Of a stretch of 64,000 bases of DNA, positions 1-14,300 are shown piece by piece. The translations under genes and the position numbers were made by a program. Position 1 is the stretch's first letter, and every line of letters begins with the position of its first letter. A model generated the notes under the pieces. It had not been told where the DNA came from. It saw nothing but the letters and a program-made list of their open reading frames with translations, and did no database searches. The stretch lies in the NCBI GenBank assembly GCA_051362555.1, contig CM120640.1:47408788-47472787 (forward strand), read 5' to 3'. Origin of the DNA: Lingula anatina. Its lineage: Eukaryota; Animalia; Brachiopoda.

Positions 1-80
1 AAGCTCCCCTTTAATAACCAATTTATTGTCCAATAATTTATTATCCATTATTGAACCTGTCTTGCAAATCACTTTTTTAG

Positions 81-459
81 AACACTGCCCAGAACATGAT
101 GGCTCATGTGTCCAGTTTGGTGGTCACTCAGGATGGACAGTGGCATTTACTGATAGTGGCTGTGGGCAATGGAAATGTCCAGTTCTATGTAGATGGGAAT
201 CTTCAAGGAACAAGGTTAGATTAAGATAAAACCTAGGATGTAAGAATAAGTAATATTTACATAAATTATAAAGAATGGTTTGAACAAATGAATGCATTAT
301 TAAGTAAATGAATTTAAATTGTTATTTCAGAACAATCAATACCAATGACCTCCAAGATGGCCCAGGTAATTTATTAGTGGGAGCTCTGCCACCAGGATCC
401 ACACTGTATGGTGGGCTGATGCAGGATGTCAGGATTTACACAAGAAAGTTATTGCCTGG
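81..459 (+). CDS. ADGRV1: ADGRV1 exons 81-214 and 331-459: C-terminal part of the LamG/pentraxin-like domain
   Basis: Spliced translation NTAQNMMAHVSSLVVTQDGQWHLLIVAVGNGNVQFYVDGNLQGTRTINTNDLQDGPGNLLVGALPPGSTLYGGLMQDVRIYTRKL contains the LamG hallmarks DGxWH, FYVDG and GxMQDVRIY. The ORF track gives a different frame here. Confidence 0.9.
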
Positions 460-3400
460 GTAAATCTTCAAAAATCTACATATCTGTATTAATCATATAA
501 ATCATATTGGGAGTATGATGTTTTAGCGATCAAGAAAAACTCACTGATCAGCAAATGTACGAATGAAGTGGTGATTATGTGAAAATAATTTGATTACAAC
601 ATGTTATTTAGGTGTTTTCATATATTATATAGTAAGAGCTGCTTCTAAAAGTTTGATCTCTACTTGTCATCAGTGTAGTTATTTGAAGCAGAAAAATTCT
701 GGAAAGGTTTCAAAAGAGCATGTGAATTAGCATGAAAAGCCACAGTTTTTGATTTTCTAAAGTAATAAAGAAAAAGATTGGTGAGATCTTGCGTTCAAAG
801 CAAAATACTTAATCGAAGTGTTTTTCAAAACTGGTTTCATACCTACAAGAAATATATGAAATTAAATTCCAAATATACTGGTATATTATGTTTTCCAGTG
901 AAATTCAAACTCTTTACACCTCGCCATCTGACAAAGATGTGACTCCCATTTCTGGCTATCTGGTCTTTAACCAAGGAACAAAAGAGGGCAGCATTCAAGT
1001 GTCTTCAAAACAGGATGTTGAGGAGGAAAGCAATGAAGTTTTCACTGTGAAACTCATCTCAGTTAAAGGTGGTGCCAGGATCTCCAATCAGGGTGCTGCT
1101 GGAAAACTCACAGGTTTGTGGACAGCAAATGCAGGACATCAAAAGAATATCAATTTATATATCTATAGTCATTTGTTTTTGTTTTCCCCCTAAGATTCCT
1201 GACAGTTGTTCTTGTGTTATCTCAAACTGAATACATATTCCAAATTTTGCAGAGTTAAATATTAGAATATGTAATATCTCAAATCTAGATTTTTTCAAGT
1301 ATGCCTGGACCAGTGGTGAACAGTTCACAAATCGGCCCTTGACTCTTATTGTTTTTTTCCACCTAGTGTTAAAGAGTGACAATGCAAATGGCCTGTTCAG
1401 TTTTGCTGGTCCCTGTATGCCGTCAAGGGCTGGAGAAGGTGTCAGCGTCCGTTGTCGTATTGAGCGTCACAGAGGGGATGCTGGAACTGTCAATGTCAAC
1501 TGGGAAATAAGGCAAGATCTAGGAAATGGCACCACCATTCCTGCACCATCAGATTTCTCCCATTATAATGGACAACTGACATTTATTCCTGGGGACAGGG
1601 TTAAGGTAAAGAAAGAATTATTTCATTTTTACGACATTTGATGACATTTGATGGAACATTTGTGAATAGACAGTTTAAACTGTCCAACAAAAATTATTCA
1701 AAATAACAAGTCAGACAAAGAACACTGTATTAATGGACTCTTTTGGTCTTTTTTTCTTCCAGAACCTCATCTTCACTGTCACCAATGACAATATCCCAGA
1801 GCTGATAGAAAACTTTAATGTGTTACTTACATCAGTAATGTCAGATGACGGAATTATTGGCACCACTAACACCAGTGGAGCTAGTATAGATCCTGCTCTT
1901 CAGATGAACAGAATTTCTGTGAATCAGAGTGATTATCCATATGGACTGCTTCAGTTCTCAACAGGGGCGCCACCATCACAGTCAGATCAGATGATTCTGC
2001 CTGCTAGCCAGATGCCTCATGTATGTTATAGCATAAAGGGTGGACTGATATCATGTGTTTGTTTGTGGGCATGCGTGGTTGTGTTTTTGTATGGATTTAC
2101 ATGTTCAGCTTTTGGGTGAGGGGGTTCCAAGCCAAAGAAAAAATGTCCCTTCTTTTTTTACCATAAATGACTATTGACATATAAGATATTTCTTCGAACA
2201 TTGCGTTATTGACCCTACATAAACATATTTTGGATAATTTTTATTCAGAGAAGAATTTCTTTTTTTGCTTCTGCTTTCTCCATTGTCCATATTATATGGA
2301 TTTGATAATTTTTAATTTTTGATTTTTTTCCCTTAATCTAGATACGAATTAATGAGGAAATTGGCATTGTTCATTTACTGGTTGTGCGAGCACAGGGCTT
2401 GCGAGGAGATGTAGCAGTGGAGTGGAGAACAATAGATGGAACAGCCAAGAGTTCAGGAAAGACTCAAGTTGATTTTCAGGTATGTTCATTAACTTCTGTA
2501 TTTTAGGTAACAATGTCATTTACATATTTTAATACATGTTCTTTTTTTCATATTCAATTTCTCATTTTTTTTTTTTTTGCTTAGAAGAAAAGCCCAGAGT
2601 CATCTTCAGCTCTTGATCATCATGTTCGTTGGAATTTTTTCTTTTTTTTTCATAGAAATATTGACAGAATTTTGTTTTGTGAATTAGTTATTTTACACAA
2701 GATTCTGTTTTGAGTTTAATTAATGGCTGTATACATGTATACAAATAAAGTGCTCAATTTCTGATTTAAAAAACACATGGTTATTTCAATTGGAAATGGT
2801 GATTTCCAGAAAAACAAATTATATTTGTAAACAATCCCAGAATAACAAAACTTCTCTGTGATATATGGTATTAAAAAATAAATGCTAATGAGAATTTCTG
2901 AGCCAGCATTTATCCCAGGACAAATTACCAAAAAAGATGTTGGAGCTTTGTTTATCATTAATTCTGTAAAACACAGCAAAATATTTGGTTGAAAAAGTTG
3001 CTTGACTTCTGTCTTACAACTTTATTTAAGGACAGAAAAACATTAAACAGAATAATGGCAACTGTTTGCCAATTCCCCAATAATTTAACTCTTGTGTGAC
3101 TTGAATGTATTTTACTTTGGCACATCTTACTGGCAATGTTGCTCAAGAAAACTGGTAAATTTAAACAAAATAACTTGATTCTTATACAAACCGGTATGAT
3201 AACATTATAACATTTTTCCTTTTATTATTCCATTACTGTTTCAATGTGTTACTTCCAATAAGAAAAAAAGGGAATGTGGCATAATTGTACCACCAGCGTT
3301 AGCGCTGGCGGTACACATGGTTTCGGTCCCGTCCGGATCATTCCGCCGGCTCCGCTGGACGGCTACCGTTACCGCTTCTCCTCCTAGACGGTAAGGGCCC

Positions 3401-5805
3401 CCGTACCCATCTCATGGATTTAGGTCACCTATAATCTCAACTCGTTCCACGTAAAATTTGGGCTTTGTCGGTATTGGGGTCTGGGTGTGGCACTCATTAC
3501 AATGCACCCTTGTCTAAAAATGGCAAAATTAAATGCTAATTATCTACCCTACGGAAGGAGTTATGGGAAAAATTTCTATAGACGGCTTTCCAAAAGTCAT
3601 ATGTGTAGATTTCAAATATACCCTTGGATTTGACCTTTGACCTTTACTTCAAGGTCAAATGGGTCAAAATTTTCAAAAAAATGAAATTTTTTACAAAAAA
3701 AATTTTTTTTGCCCTGTTATTCAGACACTACACAGACTTAACCAATAATATTATTTGAAAGTGTTACCCTTCAGGTCATCTTTCATCTCCGCGAATTTGG
3801 GGTCAATCGGTGCATTTTCACGGGAGTAGCGGCCATAAGATACCGAAACTGAAAACTGTCTCTAATTCGGGAACCGTTAATGCTAGAGACCCATTCTTTT
3901 TTGCATTTTGTAGAGCATGTAAAGCCCAACACTGGAGGTGGTCTCGGTTTTTTTGTATTCCATACGGTTTTCGAGTTACGCTGTATCAAAAAGTACATAT
4001 TGGTGGTAAAAGCAAAATGTGCAGTACGGTAATGGATAATAAATTTTGAACTCTGGAAAAATAAAACATAAGGCTTGGCAAAGCAGACAACTTGTGTTCA
4101 AAAATGACATTATTTCATCAAATTTGAACTTCTGAAACTTCAGAGCACCTCCTATTTCAAGAATTTTGACCAAAATGACATTTTCTTTATTTTAATTAAT
4201 TTTTTCTGTACGAAATTTAAGGCACATTATGGTAACTCCAAAATTATAACATTTAGTCCCTTATATCTCCAAAACTGGCAGAGATAGGTCCATAGTTACT
4301 ATTGAAGTTGAATAGGAAGTCATATACTGGCAATCTTACTGTGACCTTGAAATTGACCTTTGACCTACTTTTCACCATGAACTGAACTTTGCAAATTTTG
4401 CTTCCCTTTTATCTCCAAAACTGGCAGAGATAGGTCCATAGTTTCTATTGAACTTGAATAGGAAGTCATATACTGGCAATCTAAATGTGACCTTAAAATT
4501 GACCTTTGACCTACTTTTCACCATGAACTGAACTTTGCAAATTTTGCTACCCTTTTAACACCAAAACTGGCTGAGATAGGTCCATAGTTAGTATTGAACT
4601 TGAATAGAAAGTCATATACTGGCAATCTAAATGTGACCTTGAAATTGACCTTTGACCTACTTTTCACCATGAATTGAACTTTGCAAATTTTGCTTCCCTT
4701 TTATCTCCAAAACTGGCAGAGATAGGTCCGTAGTTACTATTGAACTTGATAAGAAAGTCATATACTGGCAATCTATATGTGACCTTAAAATTGACCTTTG
4801 ACCTACTTTTCACCATGAACTGAACTTTGCAAATTTTTCTTCCCTTTTATCTCCAAAACTGGCAGAGATAGGTCCGTAGTTACTATTGAACTTGAATAGG
4901 AAGTCATATACTGGCAATCTAAATGTGACCTTAAAATTGACCTTTGACCTACTTTACACCATGAACTGAATTTTGCAAATTTTGCTTTCCTTTTATCTCC
5001 AAAACTGGCTGAGATAGGTCCGTAGTTACTATTGAACTTGAATAGAAAGTCATATACTGGCAATCTAAATGTGACCTTAAAATTGACCTTTGACCTACTT
5101 TTCACCATAAACTGAACTTTGCAAATTTTGCTTTCCTTTTATCTCCAAAACTGGCAGAGATAGGTCCGTAGTTACTATTGAACTTGAATAGGAAGTCATA
5201 TACTGGCAATCTATATGTGACCTTAAAATTGACCTTTGACCTACTTTTCACCATGAACTGAACTTTGCAAATTTTTCTTCCCTTTTATCTCCAAAACTGG
5301 CAGAGATAGGTCCGTAGTTACTATTAAACTTGAATAGGAAGTCATATACTGGCAATCTAAGTGTGACCTTGAAATTGACCTTTGACCTACTTTTTATCAT
5401 GAAGTGAACTCTGCTAATTTCTTTCTCTTTTAACTTCAAACTTGACAGAGATAGGTCCATAGTTACTCTTGAACTTGAATAGGAAGTCATATACTGGCAA
5501 TTTACTGTGACCTTGAAATTGACCCTTGACCTATCTTACAAAGAACTTAAATTTGATTGTACCATATATATTTTTTGCAATAGTTTAAAAATTCTTGTTG
5601 ATTGCATTTTTACAGCTTGTCAAGCACAAAACTGGTGGCTGTGTCCCTTATTTTGTGTATGTGGGGGTCTATACGAATGCGCTTGCTCCAGCTGGTGGTA
5701 CAATATTCGGAGGCGGTATCGCCTCTCTGATCCTCTAGTTTAGTTCAATATTCTTTTTGAGGATTCCAAAAGTTTGGTTGTTTTGTTCATGGTGTCACTT
5801 ACTCA

Positions 5806-5863
<58 letters not shown>

Positions 5864-8273
5864 AGTAAAATGCAGAAATCTTGTTTTGCTTTTGTCGGTA
5901 CAAGTTTTTGCTTGTCTAAACTGAACAAGCTGTGAAAAATTACTTGTAACAATTTCAAGTAAAAGTACAGATTTCGTGTAGGATCCTAATTTGTTTTGTA
6001 TGTAACATTTGGGTCAAGGTCCTGCAAGTGTTGGGAGACATTTGAAGATTACATAACAATCTCATTGTTGACAGCAAAGGTTTTCTTTAAATTGAATTGT
6101 TACTTGCTGATGAGCCAATCCAAAGATATGTTACATTTTCTGTCTAGGCTAAAATTAAATTGAATTTAGTTGTGATTTAAATAATCGTGATTCAAACCTT
6201 GTCTTTTGTATCTGGTATGCCAATTTCAAGTGCAAAATATCAGAATAGCACAGTTGGATTGTTATCATATTTTAACAAATGTAAATGAAAATTGCAATCA
6301 CCAATTATACATTTTATATAAGATAGTAAAAAAAAGATTAAAGGTGGAGTTAAATTAATATATAATAGTAATAAAGATTAAGTTTTGCCTACTTCTCTAT
6401 TTTTAAGTTGAAAATGAAAAACATCTGTCCTCTCTAGGTGTTATTTTTACACTCTGGATCCCTGTTGTTAAATAGATCCAGACTTCTACCCTGGACAACC
6501 AACTTAAAATAGAGCATTGTTTCCTTTGAACTGTCTAGTTTCTGCTGGCCACTGTATAACTTACAGACACACGTGATGGAATTTACAGACTTAAATGTTC
6601 TTTTTAAACTTGTGTATCTAATTTTTTAGTTTAGAATATATGATCTCCAGGAAGTTGAGAAAAGCTTCAAGATTGAGCATACCTATGTTCAGACAGGCAG
6701 CAATTAATAGAATTGAATATGTAAAAAAAAGAACTTTGAGGATAGTCCTCAGAATTTAAAATGACACTTATTTAGCTTATTTTAAATAACTTGGATTATT
6801 CATGTAAAGATAACTGTGGATTTTACTTTTTTCAAAGAATTTGTTTTTTTCCCTAGTTCATTTGTTCAATTTATTGTTATTAAAAGAAAAGTGGCAGACT
6901 TCACAGGCTTTTTATAGCTTCATGGTTAAAAAAAAAACATAATTTGTTCTCAATATGTTGCAGCCCTGTTTTATTTCACTGTGTGAAGTAAAGAATACAC
7001 AATTTAGGGAATAGTTTTGACAAACAACTGAAAACTTAACAATTGATGGCTGTTCTTGCCACAAATAGCAAACAAATTGACATAAACCCTTCTGAAAATT
7101 TGTGTTTTGAAATTTGATCTGAGAAACTGACTTTCTAAACAGGTTTTCTGTAACCTTAAGTATAAAAACACAGAACTGGGTCAGTTGAGAACAGATAGTG
7201 GAAGAAAGAATGTTTATTATTGTACCCCCACCCATGTGTTTTTGAAAATTTAACTTTTCTTTCTCTGACGTCATACTGAGCATGCTAAGTAATTGGATAT
7301 GTCAACAGCAAAAACTTTTTAGTGCATTATTACTTGCAGTCAGGCAATTAAGCAGTAGATGTTGACGTGTGAGAAATTTAAATCAAAATATTACATTTTG
7401 GCAGTTAAACTAGTGGAGATGGAGTTTCACCTTAGAAAGTCCTGGTGTGAATGAAAATAAGTAATTAAAAATTACATTTAGGTACAAAATGAAATTTGGG
7501 GTCATTTAGTATATTTCAGAAACTGCCATAGCAGTCCGTTTCTTTGTTATTAATTAATAATTGTGTATTCCTCTCATATTTTACAGAATGATTTACATGT
7601 AAGTATTGAAATGGGTTTTTCACAGCTTGAAGATTTGATTGCAACGGGATTAAATACAAAAATGGTTTATTATTGTGATACTACTAATTCTTTTTTTAAT
7701 CTTTGAGAAATGTGTCCCAAACTGCGTATTATTGGCAGTTGCACAACTATTTCCCCCCACAAATAAATGAATAATGAGTAAGTGAACACCAGACAAATAT
7801 GTACATGTAGGTTTAAACTGGTGTATTTGACTTTTTTGTAAATAAAAAAGGTAATGAGTCACATGTTCTAAATTCTCAATACTTTAAGAATGCTCAAAAA
7901 TTGTTTTTTTCCACATTTTTTTTATTTAAAATTGGAGGCCTTGTTGCCTATGGTATGAAACTTGGTATAACTTTTGTCACACTTGGGATTTATATAGGGG
8001 AAAATTTGACTTATGCCATGCCATGTATAGTAGATAAATTTGAAATTATTTAATTAATCAGGAGTTAGGTGGAGCACCAATGTGTTGTGCACTCAGTTCT
8101 TTTTGCATGTGTGGAAAGGTTTGCTCCTAGGCCATATAGTGCACGTGTGGGTTTGATGAAACTGAATGCACTTTGTACACTGTGTGTATTGTTTCCAGAT
8201 TTTTTGTACAAGCCCCTCCCCTACCAGACAGAAGAGTTTAAAAAGATAAACTGTGGTAGAGGCAAATAAATTT

Positions 8274-8316
<43 letters not shown>

Positions 8317-11300
8317 TTTGAGTGAGTTACAGTCACATTTAATTTTTTTTTGTACGTTGCTATGATATTAATGATTTTGGTAAATTGGATGTTTCTTCTC
8401 TCCTCCATCCCCCACTCTTTCTCTCTCGCTTGCCTGCTTGCTAAAGTATGGGTACATCAAGTTGGGCACGGTGTTTTGCCAGACATTTCTGGCAGTAACA
8501 AAATGCCAACAGTCTAAAAAAAAGCAAAAGGAGTCATGACTTTGTGGTTTCAGCAATAATGAATTTTTTTCTTAGAATTTGCATGATATATTTGTTCCAG
8601 ATCATTTCCATTCAGTACACGACTGATACAATGTGGTTAGATGAAATTGTTAGCAGATGGTTAATTTTTAGTGCACAATTGCTGGAACACACTCCAAAAC
8701 AAAAAAGTAATCCAAAAGTGTGATCAGCTGTAAAAAGTGGTTGTGATTTCACTGAACTAAACTTGGTTGTATGAAAATGTTTCTAGCATTCACAACTTCT
8801 TTGCACATTAATTCTATGACAAAATGTTTCTGGTTATGGATGGTGCCTTCAATTGTTATGTAAAGTAAAGGTGTATTTTTCTTTTTCTTCTCAAGGCACA
8901 AGAGCATCTCCTTAAAAACACAAAGTCAAATAATAGAGTCTTTTATTTTCATGAGAAATAAGAAATTATGAGCTACAGACATTAGTTGTAGCTTGGTCAG
9001 ATAAATCACTTTTGAAGTATTGATATGGCATTTAGAAATGCCATTCTAATGGACTCCATTCATGAACACCTATATCAAGTTATTATACAGTACTGTTTTC
9101 TTTTCATATTTTCTAAACAAAGTGAATTGGGTTTACATATATAGTTAGTCCAGTAAAATTTGAAATGAATTACTAATACAGAATTGGTTAAAAGACTGTG
9201 ACAAGTTAAATTAAATTTAGAAAAATAAATGAAAACAAATGACTCCGTGTAGATGCACCATATTTTATTTTAAATACTCCAAAATGTATCTTTTTCACAA
9301 AAGTAAAAGAGATTAGTCTGTTTTATCATACTGTAGCCAAGCTAGACTTTTATAATCCTTGTTGTATTTGCAACTTCTTTGGCCACATTTAAAAGTATTT
9401 TGGAAGATTGTGAACAATCTGTTGTGATTTTTTTCTTTTTGCTATTGCATCATGTTTAAAACACATGGTTTAATACACCATAACTTTTTGCTTTCAGTGC
9501 ATAATTGCTAGAATTGTTTTGAAAATTTGAGAAGATGCATCCATGACATTTTCCAAGACAGTTTATATGAAATATGTGCAGTTCCAAAATTATTTGTTTT
9601 TAATTGCTCTGTTTTAAAGATTCAAAGTATATGGCTAAATAAATGGCTTTGATCATCTAGAGAGATCTATTGATTTGAAAGAAACTAGTTGGTGCTTGAT
9701 TTTAAATGCATATAATACTCCCTGAAATCAAGACATTGCTGACAATATTGATATCTATCAATCAATCAAAAGGGTAGTAAATATTGATAAAATTGAAAAA
9801 AATATTAATAACCAAAAAATCTTGGCAAGTTATGGAAAATCAAAAGATTGCTTAATAATGGCCTGGCATATGGTTAAATAAAAGTTGACATGTTGACAGT
9901 GAACATGATGGACGCTGACTCATTGGCAGCATAAATTATCACTTTTTAAGCAAATGTTAAACAAATTATGAGATAGATACTTATAGTTATATCCAGTATA
10001 CTTATATCAACACACTCTTACATCAACAGTATAAGTCTGAGGTATATCATTGACTGTGCTCAAATCAGTATATCCAACATTATAACAGTAGCCCTATAAC
10101 AAATAGCTGTCTGAATATCAATGTCAATGTCACCCGTTTAAGTCTTTCACATTTTAAGAGGGTGGATGAAACCTTTTCTTTTAGGTGTTCAGCCAGATTT
10201 TAGATGGCACCTCACAGATGAAATTTTTTCGCTCATGGCAGTGGGCACTCCCCCATTGGTAGTCGTTGGTCTTATCTAGGTACATACAGCTTTCTTCCCG
10301 GGGCATTGGGGCCCCGTTGGGCCAGTTTGTGAAACGGAAGGTTTCATACTTGACCATTTTGGCCCAGGCCCATTCCTTAATGCCAACAAAGTAGTGGCCA
10401 CTGGTCCACCAGCTGTTAATATGACCAAATTCTGAAAAAAAAAATAGTTATAGAATGTTAATTTCAAGTTATTTGAAATATTTTTAGGTACAAGCTGTGC
10501 CTGTACTTACAGCCATCATTGCCACTGCCATGTCACTGTCAATGCAATAAATGACTTATCATTCTCACACTTTATTACTAGAGCAAATTATACCACCAAA
10601 ATACAGGTTGTTAAGTTGAAATAGGAGCATTCTTATACCAATTTTTGCTGAAAATATCCCTTTTTCATTTTTGCAGCATTATTTGCAAGATGATACATAC
10701 CTTTTTTTTAACTGTAGATTTTTCTCAATGCTTTTAATGTATATACAAGTGTCACATAAATTATTTTCATCAGATTGATGTGATTTATAACACCAAAGTA
10801 ATGCTTAACCTGAAATATAATTTTAACTCCAAAATTTGTATACTAGGGAAGTTAAAATGGCTTTAAAAAACCATTCTCCTTTGCATTCATTTTATGCAGC
10901 ATACAATCTCCCTAAATTCACAGGGTAATTGTCAATATTTTACCTAATTCTTCCTGATATTTAAAGTTCTGTTGCTGATATGGCTGGTACATTTGACAGC
11001 TTTGCTGCCTACTTAAAAATTATTGATAATGACAATTATACCAGAAAATATACCAAGTTGGCTAGAAATGTCATTTCCTTCTTACTTTCTTTTTGAAAGA
11101 TAAAAAATAAGATAAATGTGCTGCTTATCCCCAATCTGTCCAAGACTTGACATTTATTAGTAATCATTATTTTTGTTATTTTCTTTTTAATGGGCCATTT
11201 GAGACTGCATTTCTAGGTCAAAATGTAGAAACAATTTAACCCAATTTTGCAAAATGCTTTTAACTTAGTTAAGCTGTTGTTAGACTTGGCAACCATTCAA

Positions 11301-14300
11301 GTAATTCTGACATATAAATAGGACCTGTGTTTACTCCAGTGTTTTTTTTTCACCTAAAATCTTCTGATTCATGCCTCAGTTTAAATTTTTGCCACATGGC
11401 ACTTTGTGTTTGAATGCAGTTTTTAATTCATTGAAGCATCAATGTACTATTGAAAGACATAAATATTCTTTATCATAAACATTGTAACCAACACATGCAC
11501 AACAACCTCCCCCCTCCCCCCAAGAGATTTTAATGACATTCCCCCCCCCCCCCCCCGAGAGATTTTAATGAAATTTTATGGCAGTTTCATGCAAAGAAAT
11601 GCATACGTGTAGCTTGCTCAAAACTTGAAGAATCTGGATTTGAATATAATTTTATAGGATGTTGGCATAGATTAACAGACAGCAAATTTTTATTGTCATC
11701 TGCCTTTTATTTTCCTTGCTATTTTTGTTCAAAGCAGACATGAATCAAAAACACCTGAATGTCGCATATTATGGTATAAATAAGCATTTTCACCACAATA
11801 CTGCTGAATTGTCAGTGTATTACTTAATCTGCTATGGATTCTTTCATTGGTTTTAACAAAAACAAGGCTGATATAGTGGAGATCTGGTGTTTTACTTTGA
11901 CTGAAGAGCTCTGTTTCATAAAACGATGTTGGTAAGAAAAAACAAGTGAAAAAATTGCAGGATTTAAAAACCTTTGTTGTTTTGTAGATGGCTTTTTGAC
12001 AAATTATTGGGATTGCAGTGGATTTTACTTGTTACAAAGTGACTAAAATAATAGGAATAGTGTAATTTTTGGAGTTTTGGTATAAATAAAGGATGAAAGC
12101 TGTCCATTTCTAAGAAATGAAGTGGACTGATTTTAAAAGCACAAATTTTCAAGTTTTTTCATTATCGTCCATCTAGTTGAAAATAATCATGATTGTATGA
12201 GTGGTTCAAATTTGTATTTAAGTTGCATGTTTTTGAAAATATAGCATTAAAAGTTGTAAAAAATGAAGTACCTTACCTTGGTTATTGTTCAGCAGAAAGC
12301 TGAGAATGAAGTGTTCTCTGGTGGTGCAGATTTTGACCAAGGAGCCACCCATAGCAGAACAATATTCCATGGCTTTAGCCCAAGTGGTGTTAAACGTGGA
12401 GAACTTGTAGCAGGAGACCCAATTTTCGAAACCTTCAAAACCTTGTGGGCAGACCCCTGTATTTTGACTGGTTTTAATACTTCTCTCACCAGTGGAGTTA
12501 CTTGCGTTCTCTGGCACATTTCCACAGCATGTGCGTGACTCCATTTTTCTAAGCATTCGGGTTACTTTGTGTTGAAAACTCTCCATCATTTTGGTCAATT
12601 TTCTCTCTACAGACGAAGATAAATGAGACTGAATAATCTTTTGTAGAAGATGCCTTGGAACAGAGCTATTGGTTCTCTGTAACATTTGGTTGATAAGCCT
12701 CTCTGTGACAGATAGCCTGGCACTATGGTCATCTATGTTGGACTGAGGAGCATCTGTAGGGTTCTGTCCAAGGTTGCATCCTCGTAAAACTAAGTCATAA
12801 CTGCAAGTCGAAACATCATTGCTATTGCCACTGCCATTTCTTCCACTGCCCTCAGTGGCAAAGATTGTGCATGTAAGAAGTATCAAACCAGTTAATAGTG
12901 CCATTTGAAAGCACACAGCAAACAGCAGTTGTGAGAAAGTTATTGATGCACTCTGATGCAAAAAGTACACAAGATATGGGTTAAGTATGGAAACCAGTTA
13001 GAAAAAAGGCAATTGAAGTCAATAAATATGATGCACAAAGTCTACAGTGGCAAAATGTTAAAACCTCTGTAAGTTTGCGAAATCTTGCACTGGATCCTTT
13101 GGTTGCAGCTATTGCATGACAATATCTTTAACAGATTATGTCGAGTCTGGTAGCCAATCCAAAGGTTAAGTCTCTCAGTATGACTTAAGTTTATGAACAG
13201 TTATTGGATCTATTCTGTTACAAGTCTGTGGCTTACCACAAAGTCTAACCACCTCCTTGGAGACTGAAACACTGATTTGCGGAGGGAGTCCAAATTGCAG
13301 CTCTTATATACTCAACTGAGCTGTCATTCTTTCTCTCTTAACTAGGCGTTAACTGTCAAAAACTCCCATGTTTATCTTGGCAAGCTCTGCAGGTTTCTTT
13401 TTGAAGTGGCGAGGGCTTATTAGTGGTAAATCAAACAGATCCCATTGGTGCATATAAGCTACATGTGTTGCTCTGCACTTTACACTATTGTTCAACTATG
13501 ACGATAAGACAAGCTGTAGGTCTGAAATAGAATATAGACTCACTAAACAGACTAAAAAGCCACAGAAACCACAAAATTACATGTTTTTTGTTCATGCAGT
13601 GTGCCCCCGACAAAACAAAATATGTATGTAGACATGTCCTTATTTTGTGTTCGTGTAACTTTGATTTAGTAATTGCAAATCACTGTTAAGCACAACCACA
13701 GAAATGTGCACGTGTTTGCTGTATGACTAGAAGTTATGCATTGTCTTGTTCCCTGCTGCCATTTTTTGGACAGGCAAAAACATTGTAAGGACCCATTCCT
13801 AATGGAACTAACATTCTGGGTAGATCGATCCAACTTCGAGGCACTCTTGCTGAATGCAATCTAATTAACTTAATGACACACTTTCTCTTTTTTCCAATGG
13901 AATTTGTATAAACACCCCTTTTTTTGTATTCTACTCAGTGCCAGGAGGAGGTGTGTTAATTTTTGTATCAGTTTGCATCTAGCTAGAGTTCCCACATAGT
14001 TCAATCTTTCTACTATCTAGTATCTGGTATCGTTGGGAATGGGCCCAAAGAGATGCTGATATTTGTTCATGTAACCATGTGGTGCTTCTATCTTACAGAT
14101 CTTGTATTTTTTTTTTTTTTTTAGATATAATGGTACATTAAAGGAAATATCATAACTCCATAAGTAAATGTTTTTGTGTGTGTTTTCGTGGAACTGAAAG
14201 GAGATTTCTTAGTGTAGGTCTAAGGAATGGATATAATCATATAAAAATAGACTTAATTTTGCAATTTAATAGATTTAGTGTTTTTGTTCACCAAAAGGTC

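Noticed and set aside
26-229. Cys-rich ORF 26-229 as a small protein
   Set aside because: Wrong frame; the spliced frame of 81-214 gives a clear LamG sequence.
4803-5490. ORFs 4803-5108 and 5248-5490 (-) as repeat proteins
   Set aside because: They are translations of the satellite; the 146-bp period is not a multiple of 3.
4258-5535. Regular repeat array as a CRISPR locus
   Set aside because: The monomers are contiguous 146-bp copies with no unique spacers, there are no cas genes, and the DNA is eukaryotic.
8066-8131. GGAGCA...TGCTCC stem as a pre-miRNA
   Set aside because: Pairing is short and interrupted, compatible with chance.
10276-10467. ORF 10276-10467 (-) as listed
   Set aside because: It is an alternative frame of lectin exon 2; the phase-1 frame carries the CTLD motifs.
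11505-11572. C-tract duplication as a G-quadruplex element
   Set aside because: Simple homopolymer slippage with a short duplicated spacer; no functional evidence.
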